Assembly: GCA_038087875.1 (NCBI GenBank)
Contig: CM076001.1
Span: 1,488,001-1,552,000, forward strand
Length of the DNA stretch: 64,000 bases
Direction of reading: 5' to 3'
DNA from: Malacoraja senta
Lineage: Eukaryota
Shown: in pieces, positions 48,761 through 61,399 of the stretch
Layout of the letters: every line of letters begins with the position of its first letter
Numbering within the stretch: position 1 is the stretch's first letter
The notes under the pieces: model-generated
What the model was told of the DNA's origin: nothing
Database searches by the model: none
Seen by the model: only the letters and a program-made list of their open reading frames with translations
Program-made: the position numbers and the translations under genes

Positions 48761-49486
48761 TCACTGACAGACTTTTGCTCGGATGGGTTTCATCGATTTT
48801 GGAATGAAAATGCCTGGGCGTTTGAATGCCTGGAGCAGCTGTTCTCTGAACTTCCTCTGGGTTATGGTGTAAATCGCCGCGTTTGTGCAGGTGCTGAACA
48901 GCTGAAGTAGAATTGCAACTTTCTGGAGCAATGGAAAACTGTTACTCGACGCTACGCGAAGAGGAGTTACTATACTATGATTGTAAATAAAATCTGCGAT
49001 TGTTGCTGCCCAGAGGAGGATAAAACTAGTAGTGATTGCAAGGAGTAAAATAATGGACTGCCTTCGGTTCGCTGTCTCCGGGGCCGCGCTGCTCAGTTCC
49101 CGGAGGTTCCTGCGGATCCAAATGGCCGCTAAAGTGCGTCTGATAGTGAGCGCATTAAAGAACAAAATCATACAGAACGGAACAACTGGGGTTAACAACT
49201 GGTCGACCCTTGAAAACGCCACCCATCCGGTCAGACTATAAACATGTGGCGAACGGAGGCAACCAAAATGTCCAATGGAAGATGTTAAATACGCGATGTA
49301 CGCGAAGGGCCATGTGATGTTCTTTACAGAGAAGAGCGCGGTCAATGTCCCTACAACCACCACCGCGGTTCTCTCGGTGCAGTACCTGGTTCTCATATTC
49401 TGGGTGGAAATGGCCACAAAGCGATCAAAAGTGAAAGCGATCGTAAACCAAACGGAACAGTCTACAGCTACGGCCGCCATGAAGAT
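48761..49486 (-). pseudogene. GPR139/GPR142-like GPCR gene 2, 3' part of exon 2 (TM3-TM7)
   Basis: FMAAVAVDCSVWFTIAFTFDRFVAI...LTPVVPFCMILFFNALTIR...CTNAAIY; separated from the 5' part by an L2. Confidence 0.85.
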
Positions 49487-51866
49487 AATAATAATAATAA
49501 TAATAGATTTTATTTATATAGCGCTTTTCAGGACTCAAAGTCGCTTTACAATTGAGAGTCAGGAATAAACAAAACAAAATAGAGCAGTAAGACAGAGGGG
49601 AGGGGAACATGGGACTAAGGGTATGCAGAGGTGAAGAGATGGGTCTTGAGGCGGGACTGGAAGATGGTGAGGGACTCAGAATTTCGGACCGGTTGTGGGA
49701 GGGAATTCCAGAGCCTGGGAGCTGCCCTGGAGAAGGCTCTGCCTCCAAAAGTGCAGAGGTTTGATTTCGGAGTGTAGAGGAGACCAGCTGATGTGGATGT
49801 GAGGGACCGTGAGGGTTGGTAGGGGGAGAGGAGGTCAATGAGATAAGGGGGGGGGCAGGTTGTTGAGGGCTTTGTAGGTGAGGACCAGGATTTTGTAGGT
49901 GATCCGATGGGAAATGGGAAGCCAGTGAAGTTCTTTGAGAACTGGTGTGATGTGGTGCCAGGATTTGGTGTGGGTAATGAGTCGAGCGGCTGCATTTTGG
50001 ACCAGTTGGAGTCGTTTGATGCTGCTGGAATTGATTCCGAAAAGAAGAGAGTTACAGTAGTCCAGTCGGGAGGAGATGAAGGCATGGATGAGTCTTTCAG
50101 CAGCGGTGGGTGTGAGAGACGATCTGATTTTTGCAATGTTGCGGAGGTGAAAAAATGATGTTTTGACAACATGGCGGATGTGAGGCTCAAGGGAGAGGGT
50201 TGAGTCAAGGATCACGCCAAGGTTGCGTGCCTGATGAGATGGGGAGACAGTGGTGCCGTCGATAGTGAGAGTGGGGTTGTTTATTTTAGTGAGTGTTGAT
50301 TTGGAGCCAATGAGGAGAAATTCTGTTTTGCTACTGTTTAATTTAAGGAACTTGAGTTGCACCAAAGATTTGATGGCTGATAGGCAGGAGTTGATATGGG
50401 AGAGAGGGGGGTGATGGGGGGACTTGGTGCTGAGATAGATCTGGGTGTCATCAGCATAGCAGTGGAAGTCCAGTTTGAAGTGACGGAGTATATGACCAAG
50501 GGGGAGGATGTAGATGATGAAGAGGAGGGGACCAAGAACGGAGCCTTGGGGAACGCCTTGAGTGACAGTGGCTGTGGCAGAGGTGTGCTTATGGAGAGAG
50601 ATGAAGTGGGATCGGTTGGAAAGGTAAGAACGGAACCAGCTGAGTGCAGAACCTTCAATGTCAAGGTCCCTAAGTCTGGTGAGCAGGATGTTGTGGTTGA
50701 CGGTATCGAAGGCTGCACTCAGGTCGAGGAGGATGAGGATATTTAGGGAGCCAGAGTCATCAGAGGTAAGGAGGTCATTGAGGACTTTGAGGAGAGCAGT
50801 TTCTGTGCTATGGAGGGGGCGAAAGCCAGATTGGAGGGGTTCGAATAGGTTATACGCGAGGAGGTGGGAATGAAGTTGTGACGCGACGATGCGCTCCAGG
50901 GTTTTTGAAAGAAAGGGGAGGTTTGAGATGGGGCGGTAGTTAATGAGAGAGGAGGGATCAAGATCATGTTTCTTTAAGATTGGTTTGACAGTAGCAGTTT
51001 TGAAAGCAGAGGGGACAATTCCTTGGGACAATGAGGAGTTGAAAAGATTAGTGAGGTAGGGGCAGAGAGCAGGGAGGCAGGACTTCAGCAGGGGAGTGGG
51101 GAGAGGGTCAAGGGAGCAGGTAGTGGGTTTGGAAGAGCTGATGAGTTTGGAGATTTCAGTAGGGGTGACCGGGTCAAACTGGGAGAGGAAGCAGTGAGGG
51201 GGAGGGGTATGGAGATCAGCGGAGATGTTGAAAGGAGGGGCCTTGGTAGGTGGTGGAGTAGATGCTGGGGAATCGGGTACAGGGGATAGGGATTGATAGA
51301 TGGTGCTAATTTTATCAGCAAAAAAAGTGGACGAATGAGTTGCAGAGATCCGGAGTGGAGGTAGGGAGAGTGATGGCTCGAGGCTTGAGGAGGTTGCAGA
51401 CTGTGGAGAAGAGGGTTCTGTGGTTTAGGCAGGGGTCAGTGAATATGGAGGAGAGGTATGCAGATTTAGCAGTAATGAGGGCATCTTTGTAGGCAGTGAG
51501 GTGGAATTTGTAAGCTTCATGGTGGACTGTGAGAGGTGATTTCTTTATGAGTCGTTCAAGTCGGCGACCAATCTGTTTCAGCTTACGAAGTGCAGGTGTG
51601 TACCAGGGTGAAGATTTATTAAAAGTTACGGTTCTTGTTTTGGAGGGAGCCAGAGTGTTAAGGGAGGTAGACAAGGTGGAATTGAGATGGTTTGTGAGGT
51701 CCTCAGGTGAGATGTGGGTTGAGTCCAGGGGGAGAGTGGTGGAGAGCAGGTCAGAGAGATGGTGAGGATCGATAGATTTTAGATTACGGAAGGTGATTTC
51801 TCGGAGGAAGCGGGGGCGAGGTGTCGGAGAAGGGATGGTGAACCGTATGAGCTTATGATCCGAGAG
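49487..51866 (-). mobile_element. 5'-truncated L2-clade LINE inserted in GPCR gene 2
   Basis: SDHKLI end of endonuclease; [52 protein letters not shown]; (ATT)n tail. Confidence 0.93.
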
Positions 51867-51870
51867 GATC

Positions 51871-52068
51871 ATACACACCGGAGTATGATACACACCGGAG
51901 TATAGAACAAGAATGTGTTCCTCCAATAGATTCCGGCAACCAACTCTAATAACACCTTGCATATAATCGTCGAAAGGTCCGCCGTAGCCATGGCCACCAG
52001 GTAACGGGAGATGCATTTGGAGAGACCGCACTTTCCACGACACAGGATCACAATCGTAACCAGGTTCA
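51871..52068 (-). pseudogene. GPCR gene 2, 5' part of exon 2 (TM1-TM2)
   Basis: VNLVTIVILCRGKCGLSKCISRYLVAMATADL; acceptor ccAG|tg; 17-bp tandem duplication at the end. Confidence 0.85.
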
Positions 52069-52399
52069 CTGGGAGAAGATAAAAAAATAAATTACGTTTA
52101 ATTGCATGATAAATTTAACAAATATAATGAGCGGGCCCTAGGCTGTGGGAGTGTAATATTCAATTATACTGTTACCTTTTTAGCCGTAACGGTGGCCCCT
52201 GGCAATTGTTCCATTGGCTCGACTGTGCGCCTGATCTCACAGACGAACATACTTATTTTCAACAACTGGTTTCACCGACGTCTCGGACGTGAGGAGGTAC
52301 GACATGCCTGATAACGTTCTGATGCAGTTGTGCAATTCGTCGATGAGAAAGCACTCGGAGAACTACAGGGAGGATGCCATTGCGTTGGAATTGGTGCAA

Positions 52400-52910
52400 A
52401 AGAGATTTCCCAACATGTTACTGGAGCTGCGGGCTTGAATTGTAGCGAGAGGTTGTTTAAGCAGGGAGATGTTTCGTCGGGCGCAGGAGGACGAGGGTTG
52501 ACCTCTTTAGGAAGATGAGAAGGGATCTAATAGAAACGTATAACATTCTTGAGAGATTCGAGCGGCTAGATGAAGGAAAAAATGTTCCCGATTTGAGGAG
52601 TCCAGGACCGGGTGTCACAGTGTAAGAATAAGGGGTCGGCCATTTAGGACTGAGATGAGGACACATTTTGTCAGCCAGAGAGTTGTGAATCTATGGAATT
52701 CTCTGCCACAGACGCTGGTGCCCATTTCACTGGATGTTTTCAAGAGAGAGTTGGATATAGGTCTTAGGACTAACGGAATCAAGGGATACGGGGAGAGAGC
52801 AGGAACGCGGTACTGATTTTGGATGATCAGTTATGATCATATTAAATGGCGGTGCTGGCTCGAAGGGTCGAATGGTCTACTCCTGCACATATTTTCTATG
52901 TTTCCTTGTT
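52400..52910 (+). mobile_element. Decayed CR1 3' end
   Basis: gatctaatagaaacgtataacattctt...gttgtgaatctatggaattctctgccaca...ctactcctgcac. Confidence 0.8.
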
Positions 52911-52929
52911 TCTAAAGTGTCAGCGATCA

Positions 52930-53310
52930 CGAGTGGCATGGATCATGAACGTTCACAATCTAAGAACCTTCTATAGGGGCACAATTGAAAGCATAATAAC
53001 CTATGGCATCACTTCCTGGTTCGGGAGCTGCAAGGCTTAGGAACAATATCAACTAAACAGGATAGTGAAGACCGCCAGCAGGATTATCGGTGCCCCACTC
53101 CCTTTCCTGCTGGAGATATACAAGAAGAGGAGCATCAGTAGAGCCATCTCCATCATCCAGGACCCCTACCAACCATCACATCACATCTTTTCCATTCTGC
53201 CATGTGGGAAGAGGTACAGGAGCATCAGCTGCAAAACCAGCAGGATGCTCCTCCGCTTCTTCCCACAGGCAATAAGACTGATTAACGGACTTTGTCCCCT
53301 CCCAAAACAT
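52930..53310 (+). mobile_element. Rex1-like 3' end
   Basis: FYRGTIESIITYGITSWFG; IIQDPYQPSHHIFSILPCGKRYRS. Confidence 0.8.
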
Positions 53311-54409
53311 CGCTCATTCACACATCCAACCGCTCCCATACTTTGAAAGTTAGGCACCTGTCAAGTAAAACCACTGTGAAGCTACTGTCGATCAGAATGA
53401 CTGTTTTTTATTATATTGTTAATTCTTTAGGCCTACTTTCTTTTTAAGAATGGTAATTTTAATTTGTTTTAAAGCTCTATGTATTATCCTTTTGTTTTTT
53501 ACACTGAATGGAAACCGATTGAGCAACGTTTTTTCGTTTCCTCTGTGTATGCGAGTATTCAGTGAAATTATATCAAAGAAATACTGAATACTGAATATGT
53601 CCCACTTTAGAGCATTCGCAAAATCGAGCTAATCGGTTTGGGATGAGACAGGAGAGATTTAAAGGTGGTTGTACGTATGCAGAACGAGCTGCCAGTAGAC
53701 GTTGTAGAAGGGGATACAATTACGAACGGGTAGGCTTTAATCGGGAACGAACCAAACGCTGACGAGCCCAAAATGCCAACTTGGTCGGCGTTCACTAAGT
53801 GGGCCAATTGTTCTATTTACGTGCTGTTGAGCTCTTTGACTCTTTAACTCCAAATACTCACATGTCCTAAAATTGTTCAAACGCAAAGAAAGCAATGAAT
53901 CGGTTTACGCCCAAACTGAAACCCGATTTGCGAAAGTAAAATTGGATCACCAGCCCGGGAAGGAGCTGTTTTCATTCCTTTGCACCGGAGTTAATTTATC
54001 AGATCAACTTCCCAGCATTGATAACATAATTTGGATACATGATATAGAAACATAGAAACATAGAAAATAGGTGCAGGAGGAGGCCATTCGGTCCTTCGAG
54101 CCAGCACCGCAATTCATTGTGATCATGGCTGATCCTCCCCAATCAATAACCCGTGCCTGCCTTCTCCCCATATCCCTCGATTACACTAATAGAAACATAG
54201 GAAATATGATATCTGGGATATGTTTCGATAGGTAATCCTATTATCGCCGAATACATCGTTATAAGCCAGAAAAAAGCGCGAGTGATTGAAGGACAGTTGT
54301 TACAAACGAGTGGAAAATGGGGGTTGGGCAATAAGCTACACCACCATACCTCCCATAGGCGAAAGTCCCTTGGGTAACCGCGCATACACCCTATGGATTA
54401 CTATATAAT

Positions 54410-54950
54410 TTGAGGAAGGACATTCTTGCTATTGAGGGAGTGCAGCGTAGGTTCACGAGGTTAATCCCCGGGATGGCCGGACTGCCATGCGATGCAATAA
54501 TGGAGCGTCTGGGCTTCTATTCACTGGAATTTATAAGGATGAGAGGAGATCTTATAGAAACATATAAAATTATTAAGGGGTTGAACACGCTAGATGCAGG
54601 AAACATATTCCCGATGTTGGGGGAGTCAAGAACCAGGGGCCACAGTTTAAGAATAAGGGGTAGGCCATTTAGAACTGAGACGAGGAAAAACTTTTTCACA
54701 CAGAGGTTTTGTGAATTTGTGGAATTCTCTGCCTCAGATGGCAGCGGAGGCCGATTCGCTGGATACATTCAAAAGTGAATTAGATAGAGCTCCTAGTGCT
54801 AGCGGAATTAAGGAGTGTGGAGAGAAGGCAGGAACGGGGTGCTTATTGCGGATGATCAGCCATGATCACATTGATTGGCGGTGCTGGCTCGAAGGGACGA
54901 ATGGCCTGCACCTGCACCTCTTGTCTATGTCTATGTCTATGTCTATGTCT
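54410..54950 (+). mobile_element. CR1 3' end
   Basis: [21 protein letters not shown]...; (ctatgt)n tail. Confidence 0.9.
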
Positions 54951-55713
54951 ACGTCTATACAGAGCACACAAGGTTGTGCAAATTAGTCTTATTTTCCGGA
55001 CGCGTTCGTCCGGCGCGATGCCCCGGTGAACCAATTACTACATGGTCATTGAAGGAGCGTAACCAAGGGCACCAGTGCGTTGAATTGTATGAATTACGGT
55101 GGAACGACGCATTAGCGCAAATGTTGGTAATTTCAACAGAAATTTATGACTGACAGCGGTGTGATCAAACGCGGGAAAGTGGGACTAGTGCAGCTGGGAC
55201 ATGTTGGCCGTTGTGGGCCTGGGTCCTAAGGGTCTGCGTCCACGCTGTATCACTCTATGACTCTACGAGTGAAAGTCATGTTTCCCCCCTAGCGGTAGAT
55301 TGTCGCGCACCAAATAAATACACCCGAGAATGTCTCGGTGTTTACGTGCAATATTTCAGTCGTCGTGCGCATTCGTTACTTCAGCATGTCAGAGATTCTT
55401 GCCTTGGCACCCAACACAGGCGACTATATGCGTGCCAGCCACAGAAGTAGATCTGGAAACTCATATTACAATCGCTCCACACTTGTAAATCTATATTCCT
55501 ACAGTAACACGTCTTACTTTAATTATGATATCTATACACTGTAAATGGATCGATTGTAATTCAATATTGTCTTTCTGTTGACTGGTTAGTACGCAACAAA
55601 AATGTTTTCATTATATCTCGGTGCACGTGACAATAAATTAAACTGATTAAAGGTACACAAAAATGCTGGAGAAACTCAGCGGGTGTAGCAGCATCTATGG
55701 AGCGAAGGAAATA

Positions 55714-55746
55714 GGCAACGTTTCGGGCCAAAACCCTTCTTCAGAC
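55714..55746 (-). ncRNA. Minimal Penelope-type hammerhead ribozyme motif
   Basis: CUGAAGA-A-GGG(uuuugg)CCC-GAAAC-GUU: intact core, 3-bp stem II and palindromic ACGU helix III. Confidence 0.6.
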
Positions 55747-56226
55747 TGGTTAACCCGATAAACCTGAATTGTATGCAACTTAGGATATAGAACACTATAG
55801 CAAAGGAACAGGCTCTTCGGCCCACACAATACGTGGCGAACATGATGCCATTATAAACTAATCGCAATTGCCCTCGCATGATCTATGAAGCACGATTCAA
55901 TACATATACGTGTGCCTATCTAAAAGCTATCGAACCTCGACCATTATAACTATTCTTACCCGTCTCAGGTCCAATTACTCCCAATGAAAAATCTTGCCCC
56001 TCTCACTTTAAAGTTATGTGCTCTAGTCTTTGACATTTATATCCTGAGAAAAACGTTCTGATCGTCTGGCTAGAAAGAGCAATTCCCTCCGAACTGCCAT
56101 TTCTCAACTCATTGAGGAAATTGCACAACAAGAATTCGGCATTTACCGGTCACGGTGTATTCGCTGATCTGGCCGGATACACCCGATCTTTTTCCCGTCA
56201 CTGAAAAAAAAAAGGAAAGCTCAGGG

Positions 56227-56300
56227 AGGTGATGCCAGCGATTGAACTTGGCGCGGCATATACATGCAAAGCATGCGCTCTGCCACTGAGCAAGAATCCC
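56227..56300 (-). tRNA. tRNA-Ala(TGC) pseudogene
   Basis: GCTCAGTGGCAGAGCGCATGCTTTGCATGTAT closely matches vertebrate tRNA-Ala-TGC D and anticodon arms; acceptor and T stems mispaired; T10 terminator 13 nt downstream. Confidence 0.8.
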
Positions 56301-56384
56301 AATCTGAAGGTAGAGTTAACCTTTCAAAAACTGGTGTTCTTCTCTAGCAACAAAAACAAGAACCAAATTTAACTATATTGTTAC

Positions 56385-56930
56385 ATTTAACAGGTCCAAA
56401 ACGCCGCTGCGAGACTCCTGACGGGCACCCGAAAAAGGGACCACATCACCCCGATCCTGGCCTCTCTCCACTGGCTCCCTGTGCGGTTCCGTATAAACTT
56501 CACGATCCTCCTCCATGTCTACAAAGCCCTCAATGGGCTTGCCCCCACCTACATAAAACGTGTTCTCACCCACCACTCCACCTCCAGGCCCCTCAGATCG
56601 GCCGACTTGGGGTTGCTGAATATCCCACGGTCTAGGCATAAGCTCAGGGGCGACCGCACCTTTGCGGTTGCAGCCCCTAGACTGTGGAACAGCATCCCCT
56701 TTCCCATCAGAACCTCCCCCTCCATCGACTCTTTTAAGCCAAGACTAAAGACGTATCTATACTCCCAAGCCTTTCCTGACGTCCTCTGAGTGAGGGCTAC
56801 ATGTATATATGTATGTAGTTTGTTTTGTTTGTGCTATTCTTATAACAAATGTAAAGCACTTTGGCCAACGAGAGTTGTTTTTTAAATGTGCAATATAAAT
56901 AAATGTGACTTGACTTGACTTGACTATATT
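56385..56930 (+). mobile_element. L2-clade LINE 3' end
   Basis: VQNAAARLLTG...HITPILASLHWLPV; FAVAAPRLWNS; (cttga)n tail. Confidence 0.88.
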
Positions 56931-57412
56931 CCTGTTCCTTATATCCGTCCAAAGACCCGCATCACACTGGCCACACTCTCCTACCATCTGCAATAAATTA
57001 CAAGAGTTCCAAAACCGGGACCATACGCTTCAAGAATAGCTTCTGCCCAATGCCTATCAGGCTTTTGATCACTATACTTTTGAACTAGGATATGGCCTTT
57101 TAGTTTATTGAATATTCTCTGTTTATTTTGCCAAAAAGCAGGTAATGCTGCTGCGAGTGAGAATTTCATTGTTCCGTTGTAGGTACATTTGACATGCAAA
57201 CACTCGTGAGCATTGACTCTTAAATCTTGACCTAAGACGAGACGGTAAACGAACATGTGCATGGTTTCACTCTCACCAGTCACCAAGCAACAGGTTGAAG
57301 ATTTTTGCAGCATTTCTCTTTATCTTAAATATTTTCCGGTAACCAGTATGAAAAAAAGAGACAACCTAGAATCGTATGTTAATTCGCGTCACACAAGCCA
57401 CCCCTGACCTGC

Positions 57413-57476
57413 CTGGTACTCCAAGTGCAGCCAGAGTTGGGTAATAATAACATCCTATGAGCCGCATCGGCCACAT
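57413..57476 (-). pseudogene. GPCR gene 2 exon 1 (MWPMRLIGCYYYPTLAALGVP)
   Basis: YYPxLAALGVP motif; the phase-1 donor position reads g|GCAGGT (GC instead of GT); N-terminus may extend upstream in frame. Confidence 0.7.
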
Positions 57477-58559
57477 GTTCAGATTTCCGTCTTCTTGGTC
57501 GTATTCTATCCTGTGCGTAACTGGACGCGGGCAGATCATGGACCAAGTGAAACACCCTGCTGTATTTTTTCTAAATAATACATGTACAATTAATTGGAAA
57601 AGTAGACCACTTCCCCCGACCATCACGAATGAGTATTGGAAAAACAAAATTTCGTTCCCTAGTGATGTTGAGCAATCAATGTAAGGTTGCCTGCACATTA
57701 CGCATTAACCAGCTGAGCACATTGTGCAAAGAAATATGAAACAGTTACAATTTTTGAGACCTTCATTGAGTTGTATACCGGCGGTACGTGTCCCTTGACT
57801 CATTGACTCTGGGCTGCCCATTATGCCGATCTGTACTATTCGCTCTCTGTTTCCCTTTATGGCCCGATCATTCAAGCAGCTGTCCAGCTGCCTCTTAACG
57901 TGTTACTGTTTCTACCCCCCCCCCCCCTGCGTCATCGGGAAAATCTCTATTAAAATAGCTCTTTAATGACTTCATATCACCTTGAAACCGTGCCCTTTCG
58001 TTTTGCACAATGGCACATAGAAACGGATTTGGTTATCTACTCTATCGATGCCTCATTGTATACACTTCAAATGATGCATAGAAACATAGAAATATAGAAA
58101 ATACGATTAGGCCATTCGCCCCTTAGAGCCAGCACCACCATTCAATATGATCATGGCTGATTATCCAAAATCAGTACCCCATTCTTACTTTCTCCCCATA
58201 TCATCTGATCCAGTTAGCCCTAAGAGCTATATCCAACTCTCTCTTGAATACAATAATACATCTCAAGTTAAGTCAACTTTATTTGTCACATACATATACA
58301 AGATGTGCACTTGAAATGAAAGTGGCAATGCCTGCGGATTGAGCAAAAACTACAGAACAGAATAGAACAAAATCAGTATATACATGTTAGAAAATATTTT
58401 GTTACAAGAGACACAACACAACAGTAAACTACTACAGTAAATTAGTCACTGGTGAGATAAGAGCTTACAGCCCTGATGGCCTGTGGGAAGAAACTCCGTC
58501 TCATCCTCTCTGTTTTCACAGCAGGACAGTGGAGGAGCTTTCCTGACCGTAGCAGCTGT

Positions 58560-59805
58560 AACATAGAAACATAGAAACATAGAAAATAGGGGCAGGAGGA
58601 GGACATTCGGCCCTTCGAGGCTGCACCGCCATTTGATATGATCATGGCTGATCATCCAACTCAGTATCCCATCCCTGCCATCTCTCCATACCCCCTGATC
58701 CCCTTAGACACAAGGGCCACATCTAACTCCCTCTTAAATATAGCCAATGAACTGGCCTCAACTACCTTCTGTGGCAGAGAATTCCGCAGATTCACCACTC
58801 TCTGCGTAAAAAATGATTTCCTCATCTCGGTCCTAAACGTCTTCCCTCTTATCCTTAAACTGTGACCCCCTAGTTCTGGACTTCCCCAACATCGGGAATA
58901 ATCTTCCTGCATCTAGCCTGTCCAACCCCTTAAGAATGTTGTAAGTTTCTATACGATCCCGCCTCAGTCTTCTGAATTCCAACGTGTACAAGCCGAGTCT
59001 ATCCAGTCTTTCCTCATATGAAAGTCCTGCCATCCCAGGAATCAGTCGGGTGAACCTTCTCTGTACTCCCTCTATGGCAAGAATGTATTTCCTCTGATTA
59101 GGAGACCAAAACTGTACGCAATACTCCAGGTGTGGTGTCACCAAGACCCTGTACAACTGCAGTAGAACCTCCCTGCTCTTATACTCAAATCCTTTTGCTA
59201 TGAATGCTAACATACCATTTGCTTTCTTCACTACCTGCTGCACCTGCATTCCTACTTTCAATGACTGGTGTACCATGACACCCGGGTCTCGTTGCATCTC
59301 CCCTTTTCCTAATCGGCCACCATTCAGATAATAGTCTACTTTCCTGTTTTTGCCACCAAAGTGGATAACCTCACATTTATCCACATTATACTGCATCTGC
59401 CATGCCTTTGCCCACTCACCCAACCTATCCAAGTCATCCTAGCATCCTCCACACAGCTAACACTGCCCCCCAGCTTCGTGTCATCCGCAAACTTGGAGAT
59501 GTTGCATTCAATTCCCTCATCCAGATCATTAATATATATTGTAAATAGCTGGTGTCCCAGCACTGAGCCTTGCGGTACCCCACTACTCACTGCCTGCCAT
59601 TCTGAAAAGGACCCGTTTACTCCTACTCCTTGCTTCCTGTCTGCCAGCCAGTTCTCTATCCACATCAATACTGAACCCCCAATACCATGTGCTTTATGTT
59701 TGTATGCTAATCTCTTATGTGGGACCTTGTCGAAAGCCTTCTTAAAATTCAGATATAACACATTCACTGGTTCTCCCTTATCCACTCTACTAGTTACATC
59801 CTCGT
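58560..59805 (-). mobile_element. CR1 RT and 3' end
   Basis: ORFs 59336..59785, 58833..59432, 58661..58912. Confidence 0.92.
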
Positions 59806-59814
59806 AACAGTCCG

Positions 59815-60925
59815 TTGCTGGGGTGGTGGTGGTCCCCTATAATGTTACTGGCTCTGGATATGCACCTCCTGCAGGGGGGTGAGTGTAGTTCCCATAGTAC
59901 GTTCGGCCGAACGCACTGCTCTCTGCAGAGCCTTCCTGTCCTGGGCAGAGCTGTTCCCAAACAAGTTTGTGATGTTGCCGGACAAGATGCTTTCTACAGC
60001 TCCCGAGTAGAAGCACTGTAGGATCCTCAGGGAAACTCTGAATTTCCTCAGCTGCCTGATGTGGTAAAGGCGCTGCCTTGCATTACTCACGGGTGAGGCA
60101 GTGTGTGTTGTCCATGTCAGATCCTCTGTGATGTGGACGCCCAGGCATTTAAAGCAGCTCAGCCTATCCACAACTCCTCCTGGTAGGCCTTCCCATCGTT
60201 ATCGGAGATCAGGCCCACCATCACAGTGTCATCAGCAAACTTGATGATGGAATTGGAGCTGAACCTGGTCACACAGTCATGTCTGTATAAGGAGTACAGT
60301 AGGGGCCTTAGGACGCAACCCTGGGGGGATCCTGTGTTCAGAGTGAGGGGGTTGGATGTATGTCTTCCAATCTTATCCACCTGGGGCCTGGCGGTGAGAA
60401 AATCCAGGACCCAGGCACACAGGGGAGTGTAAAGCCCCAGTTTCAGCAGCTTCTCGGCCAGTCTGGTGGGGACTATCGTATTGAAAGCTGAACTGAAGTC
60501 AATGAACAGCAACCTCACATAGTCCCCTTCTGGCTGTCAAGGTGAGAGAGAGCGGTGTGCCGAACTTGGGAGACCGCATCATTCGTGGATCTGTTCGGAC
60601 GGTATGCGAACTGCAGCGGGTCCATGTTGCGAGGGAGGTAGGGGCAGATGTGGTTCTTGATCAGCCTCTCGAAGCATTTCATGACTACCGAGGTGAGGGC
60701 CACCGGTCGGTAGTCATTCAAGCAGGCTGGAGAGGCATTCTTTGGCACTGGAACAATGGATCTTTTGAAGCAGGAAGAGACCACGGACTTGGCCAGTGAG
60801 TGGTTCAATATTGTGGTGAGCACTGGAGCAAGCTGAGCAGCACAAGGAGTTAGTTCTCGCCCAGGTATACCATCTTGGCCTACAGTTTTCCTCGTGTTCA
60901 CACGCGCCAGAGCCCCCCTCATTCT
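59815..60925 (-). mobile_element. Rex1/Babar-clade LINE RT fragment
   Basis: [48 protein letters not shown]. Confidence 0.9.
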
Positions 60926-61399
60926 ATTAAACACTAGGGACAATTTACAATTTTACAGAAGGCTGTTAACCTACAAACCGGTACATCCTTGGAGTGTGGG
61001 AGGAAACCAAACCTAGGAATAGCTACTTCCCCACAGCCACCAGGCTATTAAACTTGGCTCGGACAAAACTCGGAACTTTAATAGCCCGTTATCTGTTATT
61101 TGCACTTGATCAATTTATTTATTCATGTGTGTATATACTTATAGAACGGTATATGGACACACTGATCTGTTTTGTAGTTAATGCCTACTATGTTCTGTTG
61201 TGCTGAAGCAAAGCAAGAATTTCATTGTCCTATCAGGGACACATGACAATAAACTCACTTGAACTTGAAAAAAAAAAGCACCCGGAGAAAACTCAAGCAA
61301 TCAAGGGGAGAATTTTCAAACTCTGCTAGAGTGCACCCGTGGACAGGATTGAACTCTGGTGCTTTAAGGAGGCAATTCTATCGTTACATGACCATCTTT

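Noticed and set aside
49907-51765. Plus-strand ORFs (e.g. 50396..50746, 51529..51765)
   Set aside because: Antisense shadows of the L2 ORF2.
51315-52043. 242-aa ORF as an independent gene
   Set aside because: It is a chance read-through from an off-frame of the GPCR exon into the truncated L2 ORF2.
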